Source: a virus (Duplodnaviria; Caudoviricetes). Taken from it: a stretch of 26,221 nt of DNA. Location: the IMG/VR virus record IMGVR_UViG_3300020420_000054, positions 1-26,221 of that record. One strand, 5' to 3'. The number at the start of each line of letters is the position of its first letter. Positions within the stretch are counted from its first letter, which is position 1. The translations under genes were made by a program, and so were the position numbers. Shown piece by piece: positions 16,603-26,221 of the stretch. The notes under the pieces were generated by a model. That model saw nothing but the letters and a program-made list of their open reading frames with translations, had not been told where the DNA came from and searched no databases.

Positions 16603-17973
16603 TTACATTAGGTTGTCAACAAGAACTCTTCTGTAGTAGCGGTTCTTATTAGGGTCAAGGTCTCCACCACCTTGATCAGTACCTTCAGCAAATGGGTTTG
16701 AAACAAGACCGTATCTTGTCTTAAATCCAATTTTTGGTTGGAAGGTGTCCTGACCAACGGCTCTAACCATTTGTAGAGGCACGTAAGGGCAGTAGAATAA
16801 TCCTGCATCATATGCAGAACTACCTTTGTATCCAGCAACGTAGAAGTGTCTGTCACTTACGTTTGCAGAATATGGGTCAACATAAACTTTGATTCTTCCG
16901 TTTAATGTTCCAGCAAGTGTAGAACTATTGTCATCAGGAAGTAAGTTTGAGTTTCCAGCAAGAGCAGGAGTGTAGTCAAGTACACCAGCCATTGATAGAG
17001 CAGATGCAACGTCAGCAGAGCAAATTAAGATGTTGCCCTTTCCACGTCTTGTCTCGTGCCCGATAGCGTTCATATCTCTTTCTATCTGGAATAGAAGACC
17101 TTTGAACTTCTCAACAGACCATCTTCCGTTTGAGTCAACGTCTAAGTCAAAAATACCAGCAGATGCAGTGTTGTTCTGAGCACCAGGTCTTGCGACTCTG
17201 TATACTGTTCTAACAACTTCTCTGTTGATTTCAGCAAGAACCTCAGTTGAGAGGATGTTTGCTAGTTCTGACTCAGCGTCAAGACCGTGAACGGCTTTCA
17301 AGTCTTGTGCTAGTTCTAAACTGTACTCAGCTTTGAGTGCTCTGGACTTCGCAGTCACAGTAACTTTCTCAATACTGAAGTTCATTTCAGCGAAAGCATT
17401 AGATCCAGTTCCGAGTGTCTCTGACTCGTCTGTTCTCATCGCTGTACCATTTGTATAGGTACCAGAGTCGTTAAGAATACCTGGGTTAGATCCTGCTTGT
17501 GCACTACCTTGTGAACCGAATCCACTTGTTTGTGCTGCGTCAGTTCCAGAGAACTGTGAATCTGCTTCGTTGAAGAATGCTTCTGTACCAGCAGTACGGT
17601 TTGTACCGTATCTGGATCTCATAGCGAAGATAAGTCCTGTAGGACCTGTCATTGGTTGTACGCCAGCAATGTCATATGCAATAAGCTTTGGCATTGAACG
17701 TCTGATCAACGAGATCAATACTGGGTCGAAACCAGCAGAAGGACCTGTTGCTGTAGAAGATGCACTGAAACCAGCGACTCCACCTGATGTGGATCCTGTG
17801 CTTACTGTAGGTGCTGCTTCTGTTAAAACTCCTCTCTCTTCGTTAAGGAATTTCTCTTGGTTTTCAAGGAGAACTGCTGTAACTGCCTTCTTATAGTTAT
17901 CTTTGATATCTTCGATACCATCACACTTAAGAATTGGGTTCCACTTCTCCTGTAACTGTTCTGAGTTAAACAT
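16603..17973 (-). CDS. gp23: Major capsid protein
   Basis: AVLLENQ, GVQPMTGPTGLIFAMR, KSRALKAEYS, YCPYVPL and FQPKIGFKTRYG. Confidence 0.99.
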   Translation of the reverse strand: MFNSEQLQEKWNPILKCDGIEDIKDNYKKAVTAVLLENQEKFLNEERGVLTEAAPTVSTGSTSGGVAGFSASSTATGPSAGFDPVLISLIRRSMPKLIAYDIAGVQPMTGPTGLIFAMRSRYGTNRTAGTEAFFNEADSQFSGTDAAQTSGFGSQGSAQAGSNPGILNDSGTYTNGTAMRTDESETLGTGSNAFAEMNFSIEKVTVTAKSRALKAEYSLELAQDLKAVHGLDAESELANILSTEVLAEINREVVRTVYRVARPGAQNNTASAGIFDLDVDSNGRWSVEKFKGLLFQIERDMNAIGHETRRGKGNILICSADVASALSMAGVLDYTPALAGNSNLLPDDNSSTLAGTLNGRIKVYVDPYSANVSDRHFYVAGYKGSSAYDAGLFYCPYVPLQMVRAVGQDTFQPKIGFKTRYGLVSNPFAEGTDQGGGDLDPNKNRYYRRVLVDNLM

Positions 17974-18012
17974 TAGATTTTACTAATAATTTCTTAGGGT
18001 TATAGGATTGGA

Positions 18013-18996
18013 TCACTTTGTCCAGCGACGGAGTGCGTCTACGTAACGTGACATAGAATCCGTCATTTCTGTGTCCACTACTGGTTGAACGTCTTCAGCA
18101 ATAGTTTCAGCGTTAGCTGGTGCTGGTTTCTTTGAGAAGTAAGACTCCTTCAAAGATTCAACCTTTTTGCGGAATGACTCTTCATCTTCAAACTCAACTC
18201 CTTCGGCAAGTGATGCTAATTTTTCCTTTTCGGTACTAGCAAGTCCTTCGGAGATCTCCTTCACAATCCCATCTTTAACAAATCCCGCTACCGCTTTATT
18301 AAGGGCAACGTTTCTTTCAAGTTGATCGTTGAGCTTTGTTTCCATTGTATCTAACTCAGATGCCATCTCAGAGATGATATCTGTTTTTTCTTCGGGAACC
18401 TCGATGTGGTTCTCGACGAAAACTTTTTTGAGACCATCAACAACAGACTCAGCAATCTCTGATTTGAGACCACTTTCTACTGCAAGTTTGTTATTGTCGA
18501 TCCAAGACTGTACGGCATAGGTAAGATACTCATCTACCTGTTCTGCCAATTCTGTTTTGACCTTCTCTACTTCGTCAACGACACCATCAGCATATTCTTT
18601 ATGAATACGATCAAGTTCCTCGTTTAACCTAGAGACGACTGCTGCCTCGAAAATAGTTGCAGCTTTTTCTTTGAACTCTTCACTAAGGTCTTCACCATTA
18701 GTTAGTGCTTCAACGTCTGCTGTAACGTCAATTTCAATTAGGTTCTCACCTTCAGCGTTCTCAGCATCCACGGATTCAACCTTGCCTGAAGCAGCAGATG
18801 GTTTTGTCTTTGGTGGTGTTGCTGTAGTTTGTGATGGAGTCTTCAATTTATTTGAATCATCATCGGGTTTTGAGTTCATTGGAGTTGGTCCTCCTAGAAC
18901 TTCTACTGCACCTAATGTTGAACCATCAGCAACAGCACCATCAAACTTGGCTTCAGTTACTTGTTCTTTAGATGCTGTTACTTTCTCATCTGACAT
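18013..18996 (-). CDS. gp22: Prohead core scaffolding protein
   Basis: Acidic coiled coil with LSEEFKEKAATIFEAAV and a MSRYVDAL tail; lies between gp21 and gp23. Confidence 0.93.
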   Translation of the reverse strand: MSDEKVTASKEQVTEAKFDGAVADGSTLGAVEVLGGPTPMNSKPDDDSNKLKTPSQTTATPPKTKPSAASGKVESVDAENAEGENLIEIDVTADVEALTNGEDLSEEFKEKAATIFEAAVVSRLNEELDRIHKEYADGVVDEVEKVKTELAEQVDEYLTYAVQSWIDNNKLAVESGLKSEIAESVVDGLKKVFVENHIEVPEEKTDIISEMASELDTMETKLNDQLERNVALNKAVAGFVKDGIVKEISEGLASTEKEKLASLAEGVEFEDEESFRKKVESLKESYFSKKPAPANAETIAEDVQPVVDTEMTDSMSRYVDALRRWTK

Positions 18997-19041
18997 TGTT
19001 GTTGTCTCCTTAAATAAGCAGTCTTTGGTTTAACTAAGAAA

Positions 19042-19049
19042 TATTTATA
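19042..19049 (-). promoter_or_regulatory. Late promoter TATAAATA (gp22-gp23)
   Basis: Exact T4 late consensus in the intergenic gap. Confidence 0.85.
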
Positions 19050-19051
19050 AC

Positions 19052-19702
19052 TTATAAACCTTTTAAAAAGGTTTCAAATGCGGTAATTTGCCTTTCAGCA
19101 AGCTCTTGTTTTGAACTAGCATTGTCTAAATCCCTCTCAACCTTGCGGAGATCTGATTCTTTTAACGCTGAATTTGTCCAAACCCATTCCTTTCCTTCCA
19201 TAATACCGTTTACGAAAGCCTCTGGTGCACTGGGATCTGCCACTATATCAGCAGCAGTAGCGAGCATAAAGTCATCTGCCACAACATTTACACCTTCACG
19301 GTTTAATTTGAGTGAGCCTACCCCTCGTGATGACACACCTAGACGTACACCTTCACTTAAAAGTGACTTAGCAATTTGTCCCATTGGGGTTTCTAGGATC
19401 TTTGCTTTGCCTTTAAAGTTACTTCCTTCTTGAACGAGAGAAGTAATTAAATGTGAAACTCTATCTAAATTTACAATAGGACCATCGGGATGACCGAGTT
19501 CTCCCATTGCTCTTCCAGACTTAATGTAAGTGTTGGAGTATTTATCAACTTCACGTGCAAGTGTTTCCATTGGATACATACGACCATTACGGTTCTTTAT
19601 GTTTCCTTGCAGAAAAGTTCCTTCTATGTATAGATTCTTTTTGCCATTTTTCTCCTCAGTGAGGATCTCAATGTCATCAATCTGTTCCGTTATCAGTTTC
19701 AT
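19052..19702 (-). CDS. gp21: Prohead protease
   Basis: NRNGRMYP, GELGHP, GVSSRGVGS and DIVADPSAP. Confidence 0.96.
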   Translation of the reverse strand: MKLITEQIDDIEILTEEKNGKKNLYIEGTFLQGNIKNRNGRMYPMETLAREVDKYSNTYIKSGRAMGELGHPDGPIVNLDRVSHLITSLVQEGSNFKGKAKILETPMGQIAKSLLSEGVRLGVSSRGVGSLKLNREGVNVVADDFMLATAADIVADPSAPEAFVNGIMEGKEWVWTNSALKESDLRKVERDLDNASSKQELAERQITAFETFLKGL

Positions 19703-19871
19703 CTGGTGTTTCCTGTGTGGGATCTTTTAACCAATCTTTAGCGATTGACTTTTTCTCTGCCTCTAGTGTGTCAGCAGAGAGTGCCATCATTGCATCATTA
19801 ACTTCATTCTCAAGATCTTTATTTCCTGAGAACAATTTATTTATGATTTCTTTAGCAGCTACGCTAGGCAT
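19677..19871 (-). CDS. Small prohead core protein (gp67/gp68 position)
   Basis: Lies between gp20 and gp21, with its own late promoter and GAGG RBS. Function inferred from synteny only. Confidence 0.6.
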   Translation of the reverse strand: MPSVAAKEIINKLFSGNKDLENEVNDAMMALSADTLEAEKKSIAKDWLKDPTQETPDETDNGTD

Positions 19872-19890
19872 AATGTACCTCTAATGTAAT

Positions 19891-19897
19891 TATTTAG
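19891..19897 (-). promoter_or_regulatory. Late promoter CTAAATA overlapping the gp20 stop
   Basis: TAAATA core about 20 nt upstream of the ATG at 19871. Confidence 0.65.
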
Positions 19898-21522
19898 AAT
19901 TCCCCACGTTTATAGTCTGCGGGTTCGACGTTATCAACTGAGATCTCTTGACCTTCTTCCATACCTCCTTCTCCTCCCATTCCCATAGGATCTTCTAAAG
20001 GCATACCAGTCTCAGGATCTATAGATGCAGGATCTTGGAGCTTACCACTCTCAATCTCCTCCTCAATTTGCTTATCAATGTCAGTCATTTCTGCATCTGT
20101 TTGACGCAAGATTTGACGACGTATGTACTCTAGAGAGAAGTACCTACCAGCAAACGGATCCATTTGGGTCATAAGATTGAGACGTTCTGTGAGCATCTCT
20201 TTCTCTTTTAATTCACTGAAGTAATTATCAGCGATATAATCATATTGAATGTGCTCTGACATATCATCCCATTCTTCAATGGAGATAATACCTTTCAGAA
20301 CAAGTTGTGTTTTGAGTAAGTCATCAAGCAACTCACTAAACTTCTTACGGAGTCTAGTGACAAACTTCTGAAACTTAATCTCATCTCTTGTAATCTCAGC
20401 AGCACGACCTAAGTTGAACTGTGATTCTGATTCAAGACGAGACTCTGGTACATTTAATGCACGGTAAAGTTTCTTTTGGAAGTATTTGACATCCTCAAGT
20501 TCTCCAAGATTTTGTCCACCTGGCAACGTAGTGATTTCAGTACCTCGTCCTCCTTCTCTACGTGGGAGCCAGAAGTCTTCGAGCATTGACATAAATTTTC
20601 TGTCATCTCTAATTTCTCCTGTGTCTGCGTTGTAAACTAACTTGTTTCGATAGCGACTCATTACCTCTCGGAGGTATTGTTCCGCTTTCTGTTTTGGTAA
20701 ATTACCTACATCAATATAAAATATTCTTCTTTCTGGTGCTCTTGATAGTCTATAGATAACCAAACTATCTTCAATCATCCTTAACTGGTTAAGTGCTTTG
20801 ATTGCTTTATGAAGATGTGACATAATCACATTCTTATTCATATCTTTCAAACCACTGTGACTGAAAGCGATAGCATCAGGTGCAATCTTTATACCACTGG
20901 TTTCCATACCAGCACGCATACCTTTTGGATTGTACACATAATATTCAGCAGTTTTTGGAGCTATCTGAGCTTCCATTGTGCGTGGGTCTATGCTGTTTCT
21001 ATCCTTTTTCCTCTCCATCTCCACGACTTTGCGTATCTTACGTGGATCGATGTATCTTAATTCTGTGATGCCAGCCCTAGGATTAGCAGGGTCGATCATC
21101 TTATGATAATAAATTTTACCATCAATGTACCATCTTCTAAAAATATCGTACGCACGTGTGTCAAATTTTAGAAGTCGTAGTACGTTATTAAATTCTTCAC
21201 GAATTTGTTTCTTTACATTAGCACCGACTTTTAAATTAGACAGTTCTACTTCAACTGGTACATCATCTATTTCTCCTGCAATCGCTTCGTTAACAACGTC
21301 ATCGACTGCTCTATCACACTCAGGGTGGATAGACATAGATCTATAACGACGAATTAAATCATTTTCGTCCTTAAATGTTCCATCAAGATCGATGGCGGTT
21401 CCAAAATAACCACCACCCGCAACTGGTGTCGCTGCGTCATCTGACTCTGGACGCACAAAAGAAGGACCTTTATTTCGATCCTTCTTAGCACGTTCAAGAG
21501 AATAACCAAAGAGTTGGGACAT
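19894..21522 (-). CDS. gp20: Portal vertex protein
   Basis: IYRLSRAPERRIFYIDVGNLP and EDFWLPRREGGRGTEITTLPGG. Confidence 0.99.
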   Translation of the reverse strand: MSQLFGYSLERAKKDRNKGPSFVRPESDDAATPVAGGGYFGTAIDLDGTFKDENDLIRRYRSMSIHPECDRAVDDVVNEAIAGEIDDVPVEVELSNLKVGANVKKQIREEFNNVLRLLKFDTRAYDIFRRWYIDGKIYYHKMIDPANPRAGITELRYIDPRKIRKVVEMERKKDRNSIDPRTMEAQIAPKTAEYYVYNPKGMRAGMETSGIKIAPDAIAFSHSGLKDMNKNVIMSHLHKAIKALNQLRMIEDSLVIYRLSRAPERRIFYIDVGNLPKQKAEQYLREVMSRYRNKLVYNADTGEIRDDRKFMSMLEDFWLPRREGGRGTEITTLPGGQNLGELEDVKYFQKKLYRALNVPESRLESESQFNLGRAAEITRDEIKFQKFVTRLRKKFSELLDDLLKTQLVLKGIISIEEWDDMSEHIQYDYIADNYFSELKEKEMLTERLNLMTQMDPFAGRYFSLEYIRRQILRQTDAEMTDIDKQIEEEIESGKLQDPASIDPETGMPLEDPMGMGGEGGMEEGQEISVDNVEPADYKRGEF

Positions 21523-21547
21523 TCTTACTTTCTATTGTTTATCTTAT

Positions 21548-21555
21548 TATTTATA
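21548..21555 (-). promoter_or_regulatory. Late promoter TATAAATA (gp20)
   Basis: Exact consensus in the intergenic gap. Confidence 0.85.
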
Positions 21556-21571
21556 CGAGTTTTAAAACCGC

Positions 21572-22243
21572 TTATCCAGCGTTTCCAGTGTTAACGTCGT
21601 TGTCGTAAGTCCAGTACTGTACTTGGAATTCAACTGTGTACTCTTCTGGAGTGTCAGTTGTTCCCCAATCTAAACCAATGGAACTGATGTTAGATGGCCA
21701 GATACCCTCGAACTTGTATGTACGAATAATCTTACCCTTTCTATCCATCTGTCTGACCTTAGCCATTGCTTGGTATTCAGCCATTGTGTTAGCGTTCTGG
21801 AAGTTCTGTTGTAATGCTTGGATGTTTGTTGACCAAGATTCAAAGAATGATCTGAACTTGAATGACTGATCGTTAAGAACAGTTATTGTCCAAGGTTCAA
21901 ATTGACGATCACCAGCAAGTTTTAGTTGTCTTCCTCTGTAAGGCACTTCAACAACTCCGACAACAGATGAAGGAATGTTTGCTGCTTTTACAAGGAATGT
22001 ACCGAATGCTGATGCTTCCGATGCGTTAAGTTGTGATGCTCCTGATGTGTTTTCAGATACTTCTGCAACACTACCCGCCACTGCTCCTGATTGAGGACCT
22101 ACACTATCCTGTAGAACAGGAGGTGCATAGATCTCTACTTGGAACAGATTGGGACGTGCAAAGTCTCTTACTTGATCACGGAAGGTAAATATCGGAGCTC
22201 TTACTGAACTCTGTTCTACCTGTCCTGGTTGTGCTTCTGCCAT
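21572..22243 (-). CDS. gp19: Tail tube protein
   Basis: ARPNLF, PYRGRQLKLAGDRQFEPWTITVLND and WPSNIS motifs; follows gp18. Confidence 0.95.
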   Translation of the reverse strand: MAEAQPGQVEQSSVRAPIFTFRDQVRDFARPNLFQVEIYAPPVLQDSVGPQSGAVAGSVAEVSENTSGASQLNASEASAFGTFLVKAANIPSSVVGVVEVPYRGRQLKLAGDRQFEPWTITVLNDQSFKFRSFFESWSTNIQALQQNFQNANTMAEYQAMAKVRQMDRKGKIIRTYKFEGIWPSNISSIGLDWGTTDTPEEYTVEFQVQYWTYDNDVNTGNAG

Positions 22244-22277
22244 TTGTTAGTTACTCCTTAAAGGATTTCTCTTGAGA

Positions 22278-25040
22278 TCAATTAGTTACTTCAGAGAAAC
22301 TAGAACCTGTTCTAGTTGCAGTGAAGGTTAGTGTAATGTAGTTTATCGACCTTGTTGGTTTAACGAAGATCTCGGCAAAGAATTCGCCACGATCAATCGC
22401 TTCGGATGGGTTGTTTGATGTGTCACAAACAACTAGGAAGTCAATAATTCCTCTTCGTGATTGAACACTACGTAGGAATGGTTCGACAATGTTCTTGAAT
22501 GAAGCACGAGTGAACTCGTCATTTAATTCAAAGAGTTGTGTCTTTGCTGCATCAGAGATTGCATCTTCTAATACTAAGAACAAGCGACGAACGTTGATTC
22601 TGTCGAATGCAGATTGATATGAAAGACCTGTCTTGTCACCGAATAATACAATTCCTTGACCAGGAAATGCTACTATTGGGTTGACACGTGCAGCATACAA
22701 TCTATCTCTGTGATCCTTAAGTGGTGAGTATGCAAGTTTGATTGCGTTACGTAGTTGTCCTCTGTTGAATCCAGCAGGAGAGAACCACGCTTCTGAATTA
22801 AGTGTTGTACTTAATGTCAAACCAGCAGTATCAGCGTTACAAGGAATGTAGCGATACTTGTCGTTGTATTTATCGTAAATGTACTTGTAGTTGTTATCAA
22901 ATACAGCGTATGAAGTTGAAGATAACTGATTGTAGAAATCAATAGTCTTGTTAACTATAACTGATGTCTCTGATACACCGATTATATCTCCTCTTGGAGG
23001 TGATACAAATGCGATACAATCTTTACGAGTTGCAGCGATATCAATGATCTTCTGTGCTTTAGCAACAGTGTCACTTGTATCTGCCATTGAAGGACCCATT
23101 AGGATGTAGTCAACTTCAATAGTTTCTTTGTCAGCAACAAGATCAAATCCTGCAAGTATCTCTGAACGTGAAAGTGTATATCCGTCAGTACCACCTTGTA
23201 ATGTGTACTTAACAGTAGAACTATCAGTAGTTCCAATAATTTCACGACCTAATGATGTCTCATTAGTTTTAATAGCAGCAGACTGTTTTAGTAAATCAAA
23301 TGATCTGCTAATACCTGATCCACCAATATCACCAGTAGCACTACCATCAACATCCATAATGGATCCTGTTTCGTGTGCTCCCCAGTAAATGTATTGAGAT
23401 CTAGATTTTATTACATCTCTATAGTATATTGTTTCTCCTTGTACACCTTTAGCATCAGATGCTTTAGATACGAAGAGGAACTTCTCTAGAACTGAACCTG
23501 GTGATCCAGTTAGTTTTCCATCTCCATCTAATACAAGTATGTGCATTTGGTCGTTGTCACCACCACGATCTGAAACCCACGGAGAAGTTGTAGGTCTTGC
23601 TGCGATGTTTGACCATTTCTGACCACCACCGAAGTATAGATCATCGTATGCAGAACGAACTGAAGCAACAGAAATGCTACCATTGTCATCTGCAAGTGTG
23701 TAGTTTGCAGCGAAGTGAACGCTAGATGCACCAGTTACAACTGATAGTTGTCTTTCAACAGATTCAATCTTTGCTTTGTCTCCTGTCTTAGTTCCACCAC
23801 TAGCAGTTGTCCAAACACAAATTGTATCTCCAACTTCTAATACATCAGAAGATAAAGAGTAGTTGATTGAAAGTTCAATCTTTCTTGTAATAGGGTCATA
23901 TGCTTTAACAGTTCCCTGTACAGCGATTGCTACACCAGCATCAGTTTCTGCTCTCCAAACTTCATCTTTAGCAAAGTCCCCAGCTATAGATGATGAATCT
24001 AGAGTCGCAACGATTGTGTAACTAAAAATCTTAGCAGAGGCATTTGCAGCACTGTAAGAAATATCTGTGGTAGTACTAAACTCCCACTCAGCAGATGTTG
24101 GTTGTGCTAATGAAAGGATCTGGTCAGGACCAGCGTCAGTCATTACGACTCTTATTGAGTTACCGTAAAGACCAGGTGTTCTTGCACCCCACTTCCAGTT
24201 GTTAGATGCAGACTCAACAGATGCTTCATACTGCTCAACGTTTCTAATGATTGGAACAGTAACACCAGTTGATGTTGCTTCGTTAATTGTTGTCTTACCA
24301 GCAGTAACGACTAATTTAGTAACGGTCTGTGAGTCAGTTTGTGCAGATCCAGTTGTACTCAACTCTCCTCTGCTAACTGTCAATACGTTACCAACAACAT
24401 TACTTACTCGTAATATTTCGTCAGCGATCTTGATATAATCGTTTGTACCAACACCTAGTGTTGATGCGTCTGTAACTGTTAATGAAGTACCACCAGCAGC
24501 AAGGGTTCCACCTTGATTCATAGTAGTGGATGTTCCTGCGTCTTCAATTAATGTTACTTGTGAACCAGCTGCGTGACTTGTAGCAGCAGTTGATAACTGT
24601 CCTCTATCAACAGTAAGGTCGTTACCGACTACAGCAGTGACCTTCATAATTTCAGCGTCTATCAAGATAAAATCTTGTGCTGCTATGTCGGTTGATGCAG
24701 TTACTGTTAGGGTTGTGTCAGATCCACTGAAAGTTGTTAGTGTAAATTGTGCTGTGTCAATAGCATTCTTCAATGCAGTTGAGTTACCACGTACCACTTT
24801 CAATGTACCACCATACAGTAAGAACTGTGCTGCTGTGTACCAGTATTCGTAGTTGTAATCGTTAGGTCTACCGAAGACTGATAAAAGCTCCTTTTCAGAA
24901 GTGATATCAACAATCTTGTTTACGGGACCTTTTTCAAAAGAACCAACAACACTTGCTACATTATCAATGGTCGCATTCGCAACCGTTGTTAGATCCTTCT
25001 CAAGTACAACGACCCCTGGTGAAAGTTGGGTAGATGCCAT
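22278..25040 (-). CDS. gp18: Contractile tail sheath protein (920 aa, with insertions)
   Basis: SPGVVVLEKD, WFSPAGFNRG, FDRINVRRLF and FELNDEFTR. Confidence 0.97.
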   Translation of the reverse strand: MASTQLSPGVVVLEKDLTTVANATIDNVASVVGSFEKGPVNKIVDITSEKELLSVFGRPNDYNYEYWYTAAQFLLYGGTLKVVRGNSTALKNAIDTAQFTLTTFSGSDTTLTVTASTDIAAQDFILIDAEIMKVTAVVGNDLTVDRGQLSTAATSHAAGSQVTLIEDAGTSTTMNQGGTLAAGGTSLTVTDASTLGVGTNDYIKIADEILRVSNVVGNVLTVSRGELSTTGSAQTDSQTVTKLVVTAGKTTINEATSTGVTVPIIRNVEQYEASVESASNNWKWGARTPGLYGNSIRVVMTDAGPDQILSLAQPTSAEWEFSTTTDISYSAANASAKIFSYTIVATLDSSSIAGDFAKDEVWRAETDAGVAIAVQGTVKAYDPITRKIELSINYSLSSDVLEVGDTICVWTTASGGTKTGDKAKIESVERQLSVVTGASSVHFAANYTLADDNGSISVASVRSAYDDLYFGGGQKWSNIAARPTTSPWVSDRGGDNDQMHILVLDGDGKLTGSPGSVLEKFLFVSKASDAKGVQGETIYYRDVIKSRSQYIYWGAHETGSIMDVDGSATGDIGGSGISRSFDLLKQSAAIKTNETSLGREIIGTTDSSTVKYTLQGGTDGYTLSRSEILAGFDLVADKETIEVDYILMGPSMADTSDTVAKAQKIIDIAATRKDCIAFVSPPRGDIIGVSETSVIVNKTIDFYNQLSSTSYAVFDNNYKYIYDKYNDKYRYIPCNADTAGLTLSTTLNSEAWFSPAGFNRGQLRNAIKLAYSPLKDHRDRLYAARVNPIVAFPGQGIVLFGDKTGLSYQSAFDRINVRRLFLVLEDAISDAAKTQLFELNDEFTRASFKNIVEPFLRSVQSRRGIIDFLVVCDTSNNPSEAIDRGEFFAEIFVKPTRSINYITLTFTATRTGSSFSEVTN
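24312..24731 (-). repeat. Tandem duplicated ~62-aa domain within gp18
   Basis: aa ~104-165 TLTVT..DFILIDAEIMKVTAVVGNDLTVDRGQLST versus aa ~180-243 SLTVT..DYIKIADEILRVSNVVGNVLTVSRGELST. Confidence 0.85.
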
Positions 25041-25082
25041 TGCTTATTCTCCTGAAAAAAAATTCAAATATTCTCTAGAAAT

Positions 25083-25090
25083 TATTTATG
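25083..25090 (-). promoter_or_regulatory. Late promoter CATAAATA (gp18-gp19)
   Basis: ATAAATA core in the gap, upstream of an AGGAG RBS. Confidence 0.75.
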
Positions 25091-25102
25091 ATTCCCCTTC
25101 TT

Positions 25103-26221
25103 TCAACGATACTCCCACATATAAGCACGGTCTCCATACTCGTCTGTAAACCATCGTTCACCGTCATCATCCACAAATGAATTGTCATCCATACCATCCT
25201 GAATAAACCCAAACGGAGCCATATCTGCCTCTATTGCTTCTCGTTGTTCTTCATACATTTTTAAACGAATGTCATTATCGTGACACTCTTTAAAGTAATC
25301 TTGTACACATAACCAAGAGAATAAAACCAAACACATAGCAAGGTCATCGTGACATCCTTCTTCCGCTTGCCAAGATTGACCTTTTTGTATAAACGTAGTT
25401 AGTTCAGATATAATATCATAGTCTTGTATTAATATCTTATCATCTTCTAATAATCCTTTGAGGTTAGAACAACCTAGTTTTTTAACTGCTGAACTCATCT
25501 TCACACCAAGTTGAACTTTGCTTCCAGAGAAACCTTGTCCTACAACTTGTCCTGCTCTACCTCTCATTGCTGCCATTAAAAGATTATCATATTCAAGATC
25601 ATACTGAAGTATGTCTGCAACCTGTGCTCCAACGTCATTTACTTCTATCAATACGTATGCGTGATTATATGACTTAGCAACTTTATGAATAATATCAGGA
25701 AACAATAGGGGTTTAATTTGATTGTTTCTATACTTGGCAACTAATTTATATGGAACTGTGGATGTATCAAAAACCGTGAAAGCAGAATAATCACCGTCAA
25801 TCCCTCTAGCAACATCAACAGTAATAGTATATTGATGTTCTTTCTGAGGATCTTCATATACATCAAGTCCATTCTGAGTAACGATGGGATCTTCATAAAC
25901 CATTAACCTCAATTTGCTTGCAGATATTAAAGTGTCAACAGATCCTAGGAACTCACATTCAAACTCAACTCTGAACTGTGCTTCTGATGTGTTAGCAATA
26001 GTTTGCTCTTTCCAATCAGCATCCCTACCAGGAACTTGTGACCAATGTACGTCAGTTGTTATATATTCATTCTTCTTTCTTTCAGCATCGTGCCATATCT
26101 TATAGTACATATTCATACCGTGAGGTGTGGATATGATTATAACCTTGGTATTTTTACCAGATGAGATAGTAGGATAAACAGAAGCAAAGAACTGTTCAGC
26201 AATATTATTCGGAACGAACGC
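25103..26221 (-). CDS. gp17: Terminase large subunit, 5' part outside the window
   Basis: The frame is open to the window edge (AFVPNNIAEQFFASVYPTISSG...IISTPHGMN). Also FRVEFECEF and nuclease motifs VDVARG, DYSAF and HDDLAM. Confidence 0.96.
   Translation of the reverse strand, partial: AFVPNNIAEQFFASVYPTISSGKNTKVIIISTPHGMNMYYKIWHDAERKKNEYITTDVHWSQVPGRDADWKEQTIANTSEAQFRVEFECEFLGSVDTLISASKLRLMVYEDPIVTQNGLDVYEDPQKEHQYTITVDVARGIDGDYSAFTVFDTSTVPYKLVAKYRNNQIKPLLFPDIIHKVAKSYNHAYVLIEVNDVGAQVADILQYDLEYDNLLMAAMRGRAGQVVGQGFSGSKVQLGVKMSSAVKKLGCSNLKGLLEDDKILIQDYDIISELTTFIQKGQSWQAEEGCHDDLAMCLVLFSWLCVQDYFKECHDNDIRLKMYEEQREAIEADMAPFGFIQDGMDDNSFVDDDGERWFTDEYGDRAYMWEYR

Noticed and set aside
4315-26105. Plus-strand ORFs in the track (e.g. 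4627-4953, 17570-17896, 18671-19033, 19122-19433)
   Set aside because: Antisense shadows of well-conserved minus-strand genes, with no motifs or RBS.
1-26221. tRNA, rRNA, CRISPR arrays, introns/inteins, IS elements, stop-codon recoding
   Set aside because: Intergenic gaps are all short, no spaced repeat arrays were seen, core genes are uninterrupted, and they translate fully with the standard code.

Overview
Window from a T4-like (myovirus) marine cyanophage-type genome, AT-rich, with every credible gene on the minus strand. Reading right to left: the virion module (gp17 partial, gp18, gp19, gp20, small core ORF, gp21, gp22, gp23, gp3), then uvsY, uvsW, a conserved hypothetical, the late sigma factor gp55, small ORFs, gp47/gp46, an accessory block (two 2OG-Fe(II) oxygenases, a zinc ribbon, a basic peptide, a metallopeptidase-vWA protein and a CobS/MoxR-type AAA+ ATPase, a DUF3310-like protein), gp45, another oxygenase, gp44, and a coupled cassette of EndoVII-like nuclease, SAM methyltransferase, membrane peptide and oxygenase. 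T4-type late promoters (TATAAATA/CTAAATA), sigma70 promoters and terminators are visible. The most notable observations are: a nuclease ending in a sliding-clamp-binding-like peptide; a strong antisense sigma70 promoter with no ORF behind it, back-to-back with the gp55 promoter; repeated promoter-stem-loop cassettes around the AAA+/vWA-peptidase pair; four His-triad oxygenases; and two unannotated membrane micropeptides. All calls come from motif recognition by eye; no searches were run, so novelty is unverified.
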